Source: Bugula neritina (lineage: Eukaryota; Animalia; Bryozoa). Taken from it: a stretch of DNA of 64,000 nt. The position numbers and the translations under genes were made by a program. Within the stretch, counting starts at the first letter, position 1; the number at the start of each line of letters is the position of its first letter. Positions 51,814 to 63,977 of the stretch are shown here, one piece after another. Location: the NCBI GenBank assembly GCA_964035545.1, contig OZ037765.1, positions 20,212,995 through 20,276,994 of the forward strand. The letters are read 5' to 3'. The notes under the pieces are model-generated. The model ran no database searches, was not told the DNA's origin, and worked only from the letters and a program-made list of their open reading frames with translations.

Positions 51814-54800
51814 ATGGATTTACTGACTCCAGTAAAAGAATCATCAATGTTTGGCAAAGTTGTTGTCATCCGGAGAGGTGGTGAAGATGGGAGCATATTC
51901 CCTATGACCATGCAACAGTGCCTCATTGGGAGGTAGGATGTAGCTAAATTAAAATAATATATGACTCATGAGATAAGCTAACATAAAAGATGTACAAATG
52001 CAGCTGCAGTATTTTTACCAGAGTAACAACTGAAATTAGTACACATAAAATAAAGCTTCCCTGTCATACTTCATCTCTTAGCTATCGTCTACAGACTGTT
52101 TAAGGGTTGTATGCTCAAACAATTCTTTTTTTTAAGAAATTTTGCGCTCATGCTTATTCTGTTTTTGTTTGGCTCCGGAGTCCACAGTATTATAAAACTA
52201 ATGGTTATTATTGCTAACTTTCGTTGCATGCTGTTCTTAGCTGCTGCAACACGCAGCTTAATCGCTGAGGCTGCTTGAAAATGTAAACTTTGAGCTTTGA
52301 TATCTGCACAAAAACTGTCATCTGCATTAAGTTCTGTATTGTTCATTGTACATAATTGCTAGTTTATTGCCTTTGGAATATAGGTGTGCTATTATCATTA
52401 AAGGGAGAAAATATTACTTTGAATGATTTATTTTTATCTTGCTTGTAATGCTTAAACAACTTTACCTTTAGGTCCAACACTTGTTCAATCAGAGTGCAGC
52501 TGCCTGCAGTTTCAGAACAACAGTGTGAAATAGCAGCTGTGGATGATGCTGTTCATATTACCAATCTCAGCACCTCTCATCCAACTAAAGTCAACAGCAA
52601 ACCTCTTTCTGGCACAGCTTTGCTGAATCATGGAGATATGATTGGAATAGTTGACCGATGCTTTCGATTTGAATATCCAGATGGTCATTCTATGGCTGTT
52701 ACTGGTAAGCGTTGCTAACTGAATATTAAAATAAACTCCAAATGTGTGTAAATATAAAGCAACTTGACGTAGTTTTGAATTTTTTTAGGCTTGGGTGCTC
52801 GAGTTAGAAGATCGTCAGTAGGTAAAGGCAGAAAATCAAAGTCACCAAAAATGTCACAAAATCAGGCGTTAAATGTCAATGCCAAGGTACTGACACCAAA
52901 CCGTAAACCGCCCACACCTTTAAGTGTAGATGATACTGAAAATAGGTCACCTGAATTGTTGAGGTCTGCCCCTAAACACCAAGTCACTACTCGCAGGTCT
53001 GCTAGCACGCCAAATAAACCTGTGAAAATCTTGACTCCCAAGGTATATTGTTTGTGATCAGAATTTGTAAATCTTTACTGTGTGTCTACTCCTGAAAAGG
53101 GTAAGGGGTGAATTAAGTAGGTTTCGACTGAGCTGTTGGTGTGCAGCGAAGTTTTAAGCTGCATGGAGGCTAGATTGTAGATTACGTACTCTTGACTCGA
53201 ACTCTAGATATGCTGTTGAATACTTATTCTCGTGTTGTAGATCAAACCTCCCAGGCCACCTGCAGATTTCAAGGTATGCTGCTTTCTGTTGGGGTATTTT
53301 AGAATGTAAATAAAATATTGAAAGTTGTTAAGGTGGGTGTTGAAGCTCAGCATAGCCTTATGTTTACCATGTAGTGCAAGCTCTGTAGCTTTATTCTAGT
53401 TTGTAACTTCAATGATACTAGAAATTTTAAACTATTCATACCTTCATTAATCACTTTATGAGTTGAGCTGTAATGTATTTTTATGGTAAGTGAAGCAGGA
53501 GTATTGTTCCCAAACTGTAAGTTGTAGAATAGTTTTTGCATTGATAAAACTATTCAAACTTCAAGTGTTGAAACGATATTTGCAATAGTTTGTTGATCAT
53601 GTAATATTTATGACTGTGCTTTATTTTTTACCTTCAACAGTATATTTCAGATTAAATTGTAATGTTATATAATTTATATCTTCGATGGGTAACACTTTTC
53701 CTCCTGCTTTGTTTTATTTATCATAAGAATAATTCTGTTTTTTTCGTCATATAGCATTACTCACTGTAGAATATCCACCATGTTATTGTCACTATTTTTC
53801 TTACCATGTCCTGTATTGTTCGCCATTAGCCCTCCGGCCGGTTACCGTTCAGCCCGGCAGTTGCCAAGAGAAAGTCTGATCTACGTAAGAGTTTGACAGA
53901 ATTGAACAAACATTGCGACAGCATAGCTGAGTCACCTGAGGTGGAAGCAGCTCCCTCCACCCAACCTTCTGTCAGCGGTCAGTATACAATATGTTGTACA
54001 CAGACTGTAGGAATGGCTGTTTATTACATTAAATAGAAGAATAGTAGGTATGATTTGTCAGCATTTACTGCGTTTCTTGATACAGACAACAGTATTGGAA
54101 AAAACAGTTCGATTGGTGGCACTTATAGGTGCATTCAACAGTTTTAGTTGGAATGTTAATGTTATGTTTTTCTCAGTTGCATTTCTACCGTAAAAGGAAT
54201 GCGTTAATGATGACCCCCCCCCTGAAATCAACCCTGCAGATACTTGCTTATTGGTGTCAGTGCAATAGATCTAAAGTAATTCAGGAGATTGCAGGTTTCA
54301 TACTGAAATAGCAAACTTGTAGTTGTCTCTCAACTATACACAATAATATGTTCAGTTGTGTAAAAGAGTTTTCGCACCCACTAGCTTGTATATCTGAAAT
54401 TCAAATGGCCTCTAAATGGATGCAAATAGAAATATGCTTTATTGCAGAGCTCAGCCCTTCTATGATAGGCGATGCTCATTCAGATAATCTAGCAACTAAT
54501 TTATATAATCATCAATTACTGGTGTATAAATAAATGATGAAAAATTAATTTTGCCAATTTTTAAGTATAACTGTTGAATTCATATATTAGGGTTATGCAC
54601 CAAAATTGGAAAATATTAGAATACAATTATTATTTCATCACATCTGTTATAGTTCTGAGTTTAGTGAGTCAACTTTGACTATAAGTCCAATGCCATTTCC
54701 TTGAAAAAATTGTGCTGGTGTAGCCATTAAATTCAATAGAAAAATTGACTACCAGTCACATATATTTTCTCCTCATCCTTTAATCTGCCCACAATCTCTT

Positions 54801-57800
54801 TATTTTTGCTACTTGGTGTTGTTGATATCTCTTTGTAATTATAGCCACATGTAAATTAGTTGAGAGAGTTTATTGTGTGCAGGTAAGAAGAGGAAATCGG
54901 GCTCTCCACTAGCCTCCCTTAGTAAGAGAAAGAGGGTGTCATTCGGGGCCATGCTGAGTCCCGAGCTATTTGATAAGAGCCTCCCTGCAGGGACACCAAT
55001 TCGTAAGGGCTCAAACCCTGCTCGACCATCTCAAGGTAGTGATTTCACCTCACTTCACAGAGTTTCGTGCTTGTTCTATATTGAGCTTATAACTCCTCAC
55101 GTTTCTCTAGTATTTCATGTAGTAGATTCACAATCACAAGACTCCCTCTGTTTGTAGGAAAGGAGGACGTAGCGGCCTCTCCACGATTAAGTTTGCTGAA
55201 AGGACGCTCCAAAGCTTCAACTGTTGTGGAGGAGCAATCGAGGGTCTTACGGAGGTCAAGGTCACCTGCGAGTTCAAGGTTTCTGGCAGCCATCAGTTCT
55301 CGTAGCTTAGTTGTTGCTACAATGTTTTAAATGCAAGATTTCTGGTGAAATAGATGATGCGAGTTACCAGTTTAAGTATTTTTATCACACCAATGTTTTT
55401 CAATCATATTTTCAGTTTGCCCTCACTTGGATAAAGTTCTAGCCCTGTCGGTTCTGTGAAAATATCTGCCTTTGTAAGTCAAAGGCAGACAAGTGTGTTG
55501 TGTACTTACTAACAGAACTATGTGTACTTATAAAACTTTCCTTCTCATTACACCATCTACCTACAATAGGAAATGTTAATTCAATTACCAATGAATATGT
55601 TTATGTACTTCTCTATATTTGCCCTGGTGGAAAATGTGATGGCAGTAAGAAGCATCTTCTAAATGAAACAGCGCTGATACATCTAGATTCATGTTACGAA
55701 ACAGCTAAATTGCTTTTTAAGTTTAATTTAAAAATGTATCTTATCTGACTCATGAGTTCTTTGCGTTACTATTTTTATAAGGAAAACTACATTTTGGTTA
55801 GTTTTAAATGGCTATCTTTTTTCTAGCTACAAAATAGGCTGTAAACTTGATTTAATTTACATACATCATGATGTTTTGGGCTAGTTTAACAGAAATATGT
55901 GAAATAAGCATTCATGGAAAATATTTACATCTCTGGTGTTGTCTTTCCTCTAGGCAAAAGAAGCACGTGGTGGTGAAGTCGCCTCATGTAGCTCACCACA
56001 CCATGTCAGAGTCGGAGGAGCGTCTCAACTACGTACAGTGCAAGTCTGAGGGAGAGACGTTCAGACGTCTGTCAAACAGTCCTGAGAGTGCTGTAAGGTT
56101 TTAAGCATTTCTACTAAATTAGGCGTAGGCTGGTCTGTTTCTATAATGGATGCATGCAACATTGTATTTGCTATAGAAACAGCTTTATGTGTGAAGCTGA
56201 GCTTTGTGAAAAGTTTTATACCAAATGCCATCAGTTAATGATGTATTAATGTTGACTATGAATCCCTGTGTTTCAGGCCACCTCACCTAATACTCAACAT
56301 TCGATTGAAACCTCTTCTTTTGCTTCACCGCAACTTTCTGTTGGAAAGAAGGAGCCGTCAATGGCAGCCAGTCCTTCAAATGCTGTGCCGAAGACGCCCA
56401 CCTTGAGATCTGCAAGAAATGTGATGACTCCTGGAAAACAACATGTTGTCCACACTGACACGCCAAGACCCAAGACTCCAGCTAGGTAAGTCATAGACGT
56501 AACTGATATGCTGTTGTCTGCATGTTTCTTGTTTACAAGTATTAAGTTCTGGGATCTATTTTATATGTTGTAGCTCATCAAAGTTGGAAGGCCCGGTTGA
56601 TAAGATTGCCTCACCTCCCATGGATTTTAAGAAGTTGGTCGCCCTCCGTGCAATTCACGGGAAGTCAGCCACACCAGCCTTGCCTGTCTCAGCACTAAAA
56701 TCCTTATCTGCAGTCAATAAAGCGACACCCTCACCTGCCAGGAAGAAAACCACATCCACACCTGCTAGTAGGAAGACCACACCCACATCTGCTAGCAGAA
56801 AGGCTACACCCACATCTGCTAGTAGGAACACCACACCCACATCTAGCATGAAAACCACACCCACATCTGCTAGTAGGAAGGCCACACCCACATCTGCTAG
56901 TAGGAAGGCCACACCCACATCTGCTAGTAGAAAGGCCACACCCACGTCTGCTAGTAGGAAGGCCACACCCACGTCTGCTAGTCGGAAGGCCACACCCACG
57001 TCTGCATATAAAACATCCGCACCTGTTTCTGCAAAGGTTGCACTTGATTCTGCTAAAAAAGTTGCTTCTACATTTTCTGCTAAAAGATTTGAGGCTAGTA
57101 AGGGAGTCACACCAACATCTGCCACCAAACGGAGCCAGCTGGCTACCAGGTAGTCCTGAATCTGCCCTTAATTTAGTATTTCAACTATCATTGCTAATAC
57201 TTTTGTGTTGGTACTAGCTGATCATACTTGAGCATAACTCTTGTTTCATGCAGATCTCCTGGAGGTGTTACATTGTCAACTGGCTCATTGAGTAAGAAGT
57301 CTACCCCAAAGTCTATTGGTAGAAACATCACACCAAGAAGGTTCATTATATGTTATATACCTTTCCTCAATTCCCATAGCGTGTAACGATGTTGCTGATA
57401 TGCTGTCCAAATGTTCTTTGTTGAATTTCTTCAAGCTTCTTCATGCTTGTCCTTATGTAAAATATTGATTAGATTATTAAATTATTGTAAAATATTGGCT
57501 AGAAAGTTTGTTTTGGCAATGAAGTAGCCTACATGCTAATGAACAGAGTACACTCTAGTCTGTATTTCCATTTTGACTTAGGTCTACCTCCAAAAAGATT
57601 CCAGCTAAAAAGACATGGGCAGATATAGTGAAAACTGGTCAAACTAAAGCAGCCGCTGCTAAGAGAAAATCAATTCAGCGCAAGCCTCTTCTAAAGCCCA
57701 AGTCTAAAGCAGCAGCTGCAAATATGGTCAGTTGTCACCCTGCAACTATGATTAGCATATTGTGTGTCTGATATTTAACAGGTTGTGTAGGATATACGTG

Positions 57801-60519
57801 TAGGAGAATAGGTTCATCAAACTGCAGCTTGTGTTTATTATATCAACACTTGCAAATAAAATTTGTTTAGAGGCTGACTATTTTATTTTATAACTGAAAA
57901 GGTTGTTAAATAGAGATTTTAATAGCTTTGTCTAGTAAACTTTCTAGCACTGTGTACATCTAAACTGCAATATTTTATGCTCATGGTGCCTGATTAATTT
58001 ACCTTTAGAAGTCATTGCCAGCCACCCCAAGAGCTGGAAGAAAAGGTGTCGCGCAGTCAACAGGTCATGTGAATTCTCCGGAGACTTTTGTGATTGGCAG
58101 AGAAAAACAGAGATTGCGTGCTCAGTCGTCTCCACAAACACCGGATGCTCAGTTTTATGATGACCTCCCGCCTACACCAACAGCACCCACTCTCATGTTC
58201 GTCTCTCCAATGACTGGAGAGAAAAGTAGGCGAGGCACTAAACTGGCCAAGGATAGCCCACAGCTCACTGGCATCTCCGGGATGTTCCGTGAGACTAAAG
58301 GAAGGAAGAGTGCGGTACTCACTGGCGTGAAGGAGCTGATGATGCAACCAAAGGAAAGAAAAAGCATGGCACTGGTTGGGGTCAAGGAACTCTTGCATAC
58401 AAAGAGGTACTAAAGCAAATGTGAAACTAGAATAAACATCATTTTCAGAAATAAATGCCATTTTGTTGTACTTCTAAGTTAAATGTCTAGAAATGTTGAC
58501 TTGAGGTAAAATTTTATGACAAATAGCATTGCTAAAAACATTGAAATGTTGATTTCTAACAAATGCTACTTATTAATTTATGCCCTTGGGCCACCTTCAG
58601 AGTATAAAATTTAATACATTGTCCCCATGTTGTAATGTGCATATATTTTATATTCCGGAGACTGTTCAAAGATTTAGGTTAAAATTTAGCAATTAAGGAT
58701 CTCTTAGTAACTGTATTTGGGATATCTTCTGTTGTAAAATCATTACAATGTGGGTCGCAACTTTCTTGAGTTGTTGTATAGACCTCGAAAAAGTGCATCC
58801 TTAGTGGGAGTGAAGGAGTTGATGCAAATACCCAAAGCCAGAAAGAGTGCATCCTTGACAGGGGTAAAAGAGTTGATGGCTGCCCCAAGGTAACATCTTT
58901 GAAAGTTCGGGTGCACATGGTTTATACAGGTCACCGAAATATTTGGTACTATTCACCTAAAAATATGGTACATTTGACTGAAGATGGTGATGAAGTGCTT
59001 CACCAACACCACTAATATCATCTTTGCATGTATTCTAAGTTTTATCTTCAGTAGTTGCCAGTTGCTGCTAAAAGTTACTAAGGATGTACTTGTGTGTTGC
59101 AGAAGTCGAAAGAGCAGTGAGCTGAAGGGAGTGAGAGAGTTGATGAAATCACCAGTAGATCTGCCAAGTCCCAGACTAGCAGGAGTGAGGGAGCTCATGA
59201 CAACTCCTAAAGAAGCACCTAGTCCTGTGTTGATTGGTGTAAGGAGAATGGGATATACTCCCAAAGAACGTGGCACTCCGAAATACACTGGCATCAAGGA
59301 TATATATAGAGTTGAAAAATCTCTGCCATCTCCTGATATGGAAGGTACATTAAATATTTACACATGTAGCATTTTATGTATATCAAAGTATTGGGTGCTT
59401 GGAATGTTTCATGTGATTATGGAAACTGTTACCTGATTCAGTAGTATAGTGCGTTATTGCTCTCATAAAACTGTTGGCTACTAACTGGTCCTTGAGCTTC
59501 ATCTTGTTTTCAGTGTTAATTATCTTTGTTATTTCGGAAAATTGTGCCAAGACAATGTAATTTATGAATTTCTGCCCAAACTATTTATTAATTTTTTTTT
59601 AGGACTAATAGATTTCATGGCATCTCCCCAATCTGTTGGACCTGCGAATCCTAAACCAACTAAACGAAAGGCAGCATCTAAACCAGTTGATGTTCCTCCA
59701 GCTAAAACTGTGAAGCAGGTTTCTCAAAAGACTGTGTCACCAGTAAAAAGAGCAACCCGTAAAGCTTCAGCTAATCTTGTCACCCACCCTGCCGCAGATG
59801 GGTCTTCAGAAACGGTGCCTGCAAGATCAACTCGAAGAACTGGTCGAGTGGCATCAGATAGTCGGAGTACTACTTCCGATGAGAAAACCTCTGCTGCTGC
59901 TAAGAAAGCTACTCGAAGTCGCAAAGCCCCCGTAAAAGAGGTGGAAGCAGCCATTTCTGCAGTGGCCCCTGATGTCCCGGTATCTCCTATAAAGCAAGTA
60001 ACCAAACCCAAAACTCCTCCAAAGGTGATTGATTCTCCAGTTCAAAGGGCAACTCGACGAGGTAAACGTGCTCGAATTGAAGAACCAATCAACAGTGAGA
60101 TCACTTCCTCTCCGGTACCACAGAGTCCAGCAAAACGAGCCACTCGAGGCCGTAAGGCCACAACTAAAACAGTCAGTGTCAAAGCTGTTTCTCCTCACCA
60201 GTCCACTCCTACAGCAAGAAGGGCAACACGTAGAGGCAAGGTTAGTAAAGAAGACTGCGAAGCATTATCACCCAAAGCCAAGGGTAACAAAAAGTCCAGC
60301 AAATCTTCAGTCAGTACAACTGAGGTTGCAAGCAAAACCAGAACCAAGCGTGGTGCAAAGGCTCCTGTATCATCACCACAAGACTCCGAGAAAATCTCAA
60401 GTGAAGAAGCAACATCAACCTTTCCAGTTTTACTAGCTAAAACCAGAGCTAGTCGCAGAAAAGCTCCTGCTGTTGAGAAGTCTCCTCCAGTCACCAGAAG
60501 AACTAGATCCAGAAAGTAA
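51814..60519 (+). CDS. MKI67: Proliferation marker Ki-67 orthologue, multi-exon
   Basis: FHA domain GKVVVIRRGGEDGSIFPMTMQQCLIGR/SNTCSIRVQLPAVSEQQCEI (exons 51814-51932, 52472-52704). PP1 site KRKRVSFGAMLSPELFDKSLPAGTPIRKG (exon 54883-55035). KKTWADIVK at ~57607. CD motif TGHVNSPETFVIGR at ~58060. LxGVKELM repeats 58250-59630. Arg-rich C-terminus; TAA at 60517-60519. Confidence 0.9.
56716..57005 (+). repeat. Coding 27-bp tandem repeat (SRKATPTSA, ~11 units) inside MKI67
   Basis: Unit AGTAGGAAGGCCACACCCACATCTGCT; shorter units lose a whole codon, so the frame is kept. Confidence 0.93.
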
Positions 60520-62346
60520 ATTCAGATTTTATGCTATACAGTTAATTTTTGTTGACAAATATGCCATTTTATCTAGCACTTCATGTAACTCATCTGAGTG
60601 ATCATTGGTAACCACACTGTGTACTATATTAGTAATTGGTTGTGGTATAAAATGTATGAAGGGATTTTATGTATTACTTTCTGGATACAATATCATTATT
60701 TTAGCGAAACCTATAATTGAGTTTTTCTCATTTTTTTGAAATTATTGTAAAATATTTTTTTATGCTACTCTGTCTAATCAAAATTATGCCCCTATAAAGT
60801 TTTACTGTTCAACCCAATTTAATGTGGTTATGGTTATTGATATTATGATTTTGCATGTTGTAGTATTGTTCTATCATCATACTTTACAAAATATCTAAAT
60901 GATATGAATAAATGTGCTTAAAATACAGGAAAATTTCTCTTAATTTTTATCCTTGCAATTCCATACTTTCATGTCCAAAAAATAGTATTGCTCCTCACCA
61001 CATTTAATTGTATATGATAGACTTACTTCCTTATTTGTTCAATACCTGGTTCGTGGCAAATGAAACTTACCTTCGACAGTACAAACACAAATACTGAATC
61101 CAAGCATAGTCCATATTATAGTGCAAAAATTTTACATAGCTATATTAGTTGGTCAAGACTTGGTAAAACAAAAAATTTCTGTAACATTAGAATTGGTGCA
61201 TGATCTATAGTTATATATATACATGTGTGTAACAAAAATACCTCTGGCACGATAGGTGTGTGTGTGTGTGTGAACATTGGTGCAAACCAGTAAGCCAAAT
61301 TTAGTTGAACCATAGTTTCCATAATATATGCTCCAAGTCATTAGTTATATAAACTGCCACGAACAAGCTTAAACTTTTCATTTCGTGTCATTTATTTCAA
61401 CAGCCGGCAGTTTACTCGACTAGTAAACTAAATTTTAGTCTAGTAGAGGCATGCACCAACTCCAGAGCTGCAGCATTGCTCAATTGAAAGAAACCGCAAA
61501 GTAACGTAGTCAGCCTAGCGACATCATTGATCCAGCATGTTACTTGCAGACAATTTTCTCAACAAATGTCGACACACGAGGTGACTAACTCCCAAATTTA
61601 CGGAAAAACACCAATACTTGGCCATCGCAATTAATGTTGCGACAACCCGCTATGAGCCAGTGCACACTTTCCATGGGCCAAGTTTGCACTCGTGTCTTCA
61701 AATAAAAATTGCTGCTACTTGAGTGAGAACAAATCAGTATTGCATCAATTAATCTATAGACAAGTTGTATAGCTACATACTGAGGGTATATTCAGATGCC
61801 ATGTGTATTGTACACAATCAATATGTAATTATTATTTTAACTACAAACTGATATTGAATAATTAGGAATTTCTAATTCTTTTATTAGTAAATACAAAAAA
61901 ATACAAATGAGCTGAGACATTGTTGCACTAAAGACATTACAACAATAAAGCCATGGAAAGCAAAATAAAATATAGGTTTTAAGACAATAGCTCGGTGTTG
62001 TTATACCAAGTCCTTGTTTTCTTCTACAGAGAAACTACAAAGAATAAATATAATGGTATATTTCTTTAAAAAATTTGAAGTTATTACATATTTATGTAAG
62101 TTCTACTTATACAACAAGATCTGAACAAGACACATGTGGCATGGTGTTAATGCTCAAATACACAAAACAACACATTAAGGAAGTGAAATGGTATTAAACA
62201 ACTGCTAACCTTGCACTTGCTGATAAGAACGCGTGCAATATTTTGATGTATATAAAACTACAGTAACATCGAGACTCTACAAAAGAATTCAACAATTGAA
62301 AAATAATGAGCAAGTGACATTTTGTGAAACAAATAATATACTTGGG

Positions 62347-62412
62347 GGCAAATCAGAAACAAGGAATTGCATATCTACAGTATTTTCAGAGAAAATTATC
62401 ATCGGGTATACC
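62347..62412 (-). ncRNA. Degenerate copy of the snR57-like C/D snoRNA (possible pseudogene)
   Basis: The C box is altered (CCGATGATA in place of RTGATGA). D' CTGA and D CTGA are present. The guide AATTCCTTGTTT has C>T at the +5 position. Confidence 0.65.
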
Positions 62413-62570
62413 ATAAATAAATATATACCACAAGTCAAACAAATGATAGTTTACCTCAATGCAGACAGGTTTTTTGGATTCAAGAGGAAACCTTGTATAA
62501 TCTATAAACATACACACAAGGTTAGCAAATAAACATTGTGCCCCATAGTGTAGACCAGACTATGGTGAGT

Positions 62571-62640
62571 TTACTTCAGATTACCAAGTATCAACACTGT
62601 GTCACTGACAGGGATAACAATATTCATCATTGAAATGTAA
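62571..62640 (-). ncRNA. Box C/D snoRNA, snR38/SNORD1-like (LSU rRNA site equivalent to yeast 25S Gm2815), copy A
   Basis: ATGATGA, guide GTTATCCCTGT (antisense to LSU ACAGGGAUAAC), D' CAGT, C' GTGTTGA, D CTGA, terminal TTAC/GTAA stem. Lies ~69 nt upstream of the 3' splice site. Confidence 0.85.
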
Positions 62641-63164
62641 GTAGTGGAACTGTTCACACAAATTGCAAGTTTTCAAGCCACAAACTATTATATCAAGGGT
62701 CACAGAAATGGGTTAAGCTATGGAAGCCATCCAATGGTAAAGAACATAACTACAACATACTGTTTGGTTGGCATTATGCACATGCAGGTGAACTTTACTA
62801 GCCTCAACTTATGGTGGTGTTATAAAAACACTAGACGATTATCTCAGATCTCAACAAACTTTAAGTCACCATTAAATTTTTTTTGCAGACTTTGGTTAAA
62901 TTGTCTCCGACATTGCATTTGAAGGGCACCGCCTATTGTGGCGCATAATTTCAACTGCTAAGTAAATTTTTTGATAAACTAAGCCTTAGGCAGACGAGAT
63001 TTATAACTCAAGGTCAACTTACTTGACTCATTTCTTGACTCCAATGGTTTCAACACAACTTCAAGAGATCACAGGATACTCGCAAACCTGAAACAAAACT
63101 TGGTGTCCATTACCGTCATATAAAATAGCAGCAGCAGCAGCTCACCAGCTATATCTTTAGACTA

Positions 63165-63227
63165 GTGCATGTCAGAAACGAGGAATTTATCCACAAAGGT
63201 GTTCAGAGAAGTAATCATCATGTGCAC
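63165..63227 (-). ncRNA. Box C/D snoRNA, snR57-like (18S site equivalent to yeast Gm1572)
   Basis: GTGCA/TGCAC terminal stem, ATGATGA, D' CTGA, guide AATTCCTCGTTT then D CTGA. The guide is antisense to 18S AACGAGGAAUU. Lies ~77 nt from the 3' splice site. Confidence 0.88.
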
Positions 63228-63384
63228 AATAATATGAATAGTGAGTAAAGCAGCAATCAGTTACCTTAATTTGCATCAATTATCATCTTGAGGGATCAGA
63301 TTCATGGCTAACCTGAAAATAAAGGACACTTGGTTATTAGCCACATAACATTGCACATGTCGGCTACCTAGAGTGCAGTTATTT

Positions 63385-63449
63385 CGCTTCAGTATACCAA
63401 ACATCAACACTGTGTGTCTGACAGGGATAACAAAATTCATCATAGTAGC
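63385..63449 (-). ncRNA. Box C/D snoRNA, snR38/SNORD1-like, copy B
   Basis: ATGATGA, guide GTTATCCCTGT, D' CAGA, C' GTGTTGA, D CTGA, GCT/AGC stem. Lies ~72 nt from the 3' splice site. Confidence 0.88.
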
Positions 63450-63700
63450 AGATGGAAAACAACTAAAAATAGGTAAATTGATTGCAACAGCAGTAAAAGG
63501 TTTGCAGCATCAACTTTACATAAATGAGGTAAACTATACTACAAAAACGAACTAAAGTATTTGCAATTTACCTGGTGATCAATAAGTGACTCCCTTCCCA
63601 AATCATCAACATAGAAGTGTGGTCTAAAATAAAGAAATGAGCTGATAAGTTTTTATGTAACTGAATGAAAAGTTGGATCACTGGAGCAAGACTTTACTTC

Positions 63701-63766
63701 GGTGCTATCAGAAACGAGGAATTGTATCCACATGGATCTTCAGGGGAATTAATCATCATTCGCACC
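63701..63766 (-). ncRNA. Box C/D snoRNA, snR57-like
   Basis: GGTGC/GCACC terminal stem, ATGATGA, D' CTGA, guide AATTCCTCGTTT, D CTGA. Lies ~77 nt from the 3' splice site. Confidence 0.88.
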
Positions 63767-63977
63767 ATAAATAAAAGGTTTGCAGCATCAACTTTACATA
63801 AAGTGAGGTAAACTATGCTACAAAAACAAAATAAATTATTTGCAATTTACCTGGTGACCAATAAGCCACTTCCTTCCCACCCAAATCGTCAACATAGAGC
63901 TGTGGTCTAAAATAAAGAAATGAGCTGATTAATGTAACTGAATGAAAAGTTGGATCACTGGAGCAAGACTTCACTGC

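Noticed and set aside
56655-57128. Minus-strand ORF with LLADVGVAF repeats
   Set aside because: Antisense shadow of the Ki-67 SRKATPTSA coding repeat.
61046-61365. Possible MITE bounded by CT(G/T)GTTCGTGGCA inverted repeats
   Set aside because: Only a short imperfect inverted repeat with no TSD or second copy in the window.
63572-63906. Protein-coding reading of the host exons (PHFYVDDLGRESLIDHQ) and of MMINSPEDPCGYNSSFLIAPK
   Set aside because: The paralogous exons differ by 4 nt, downstream exons are closed in all frames, and the second peptide is simply the snoRNA sequence.
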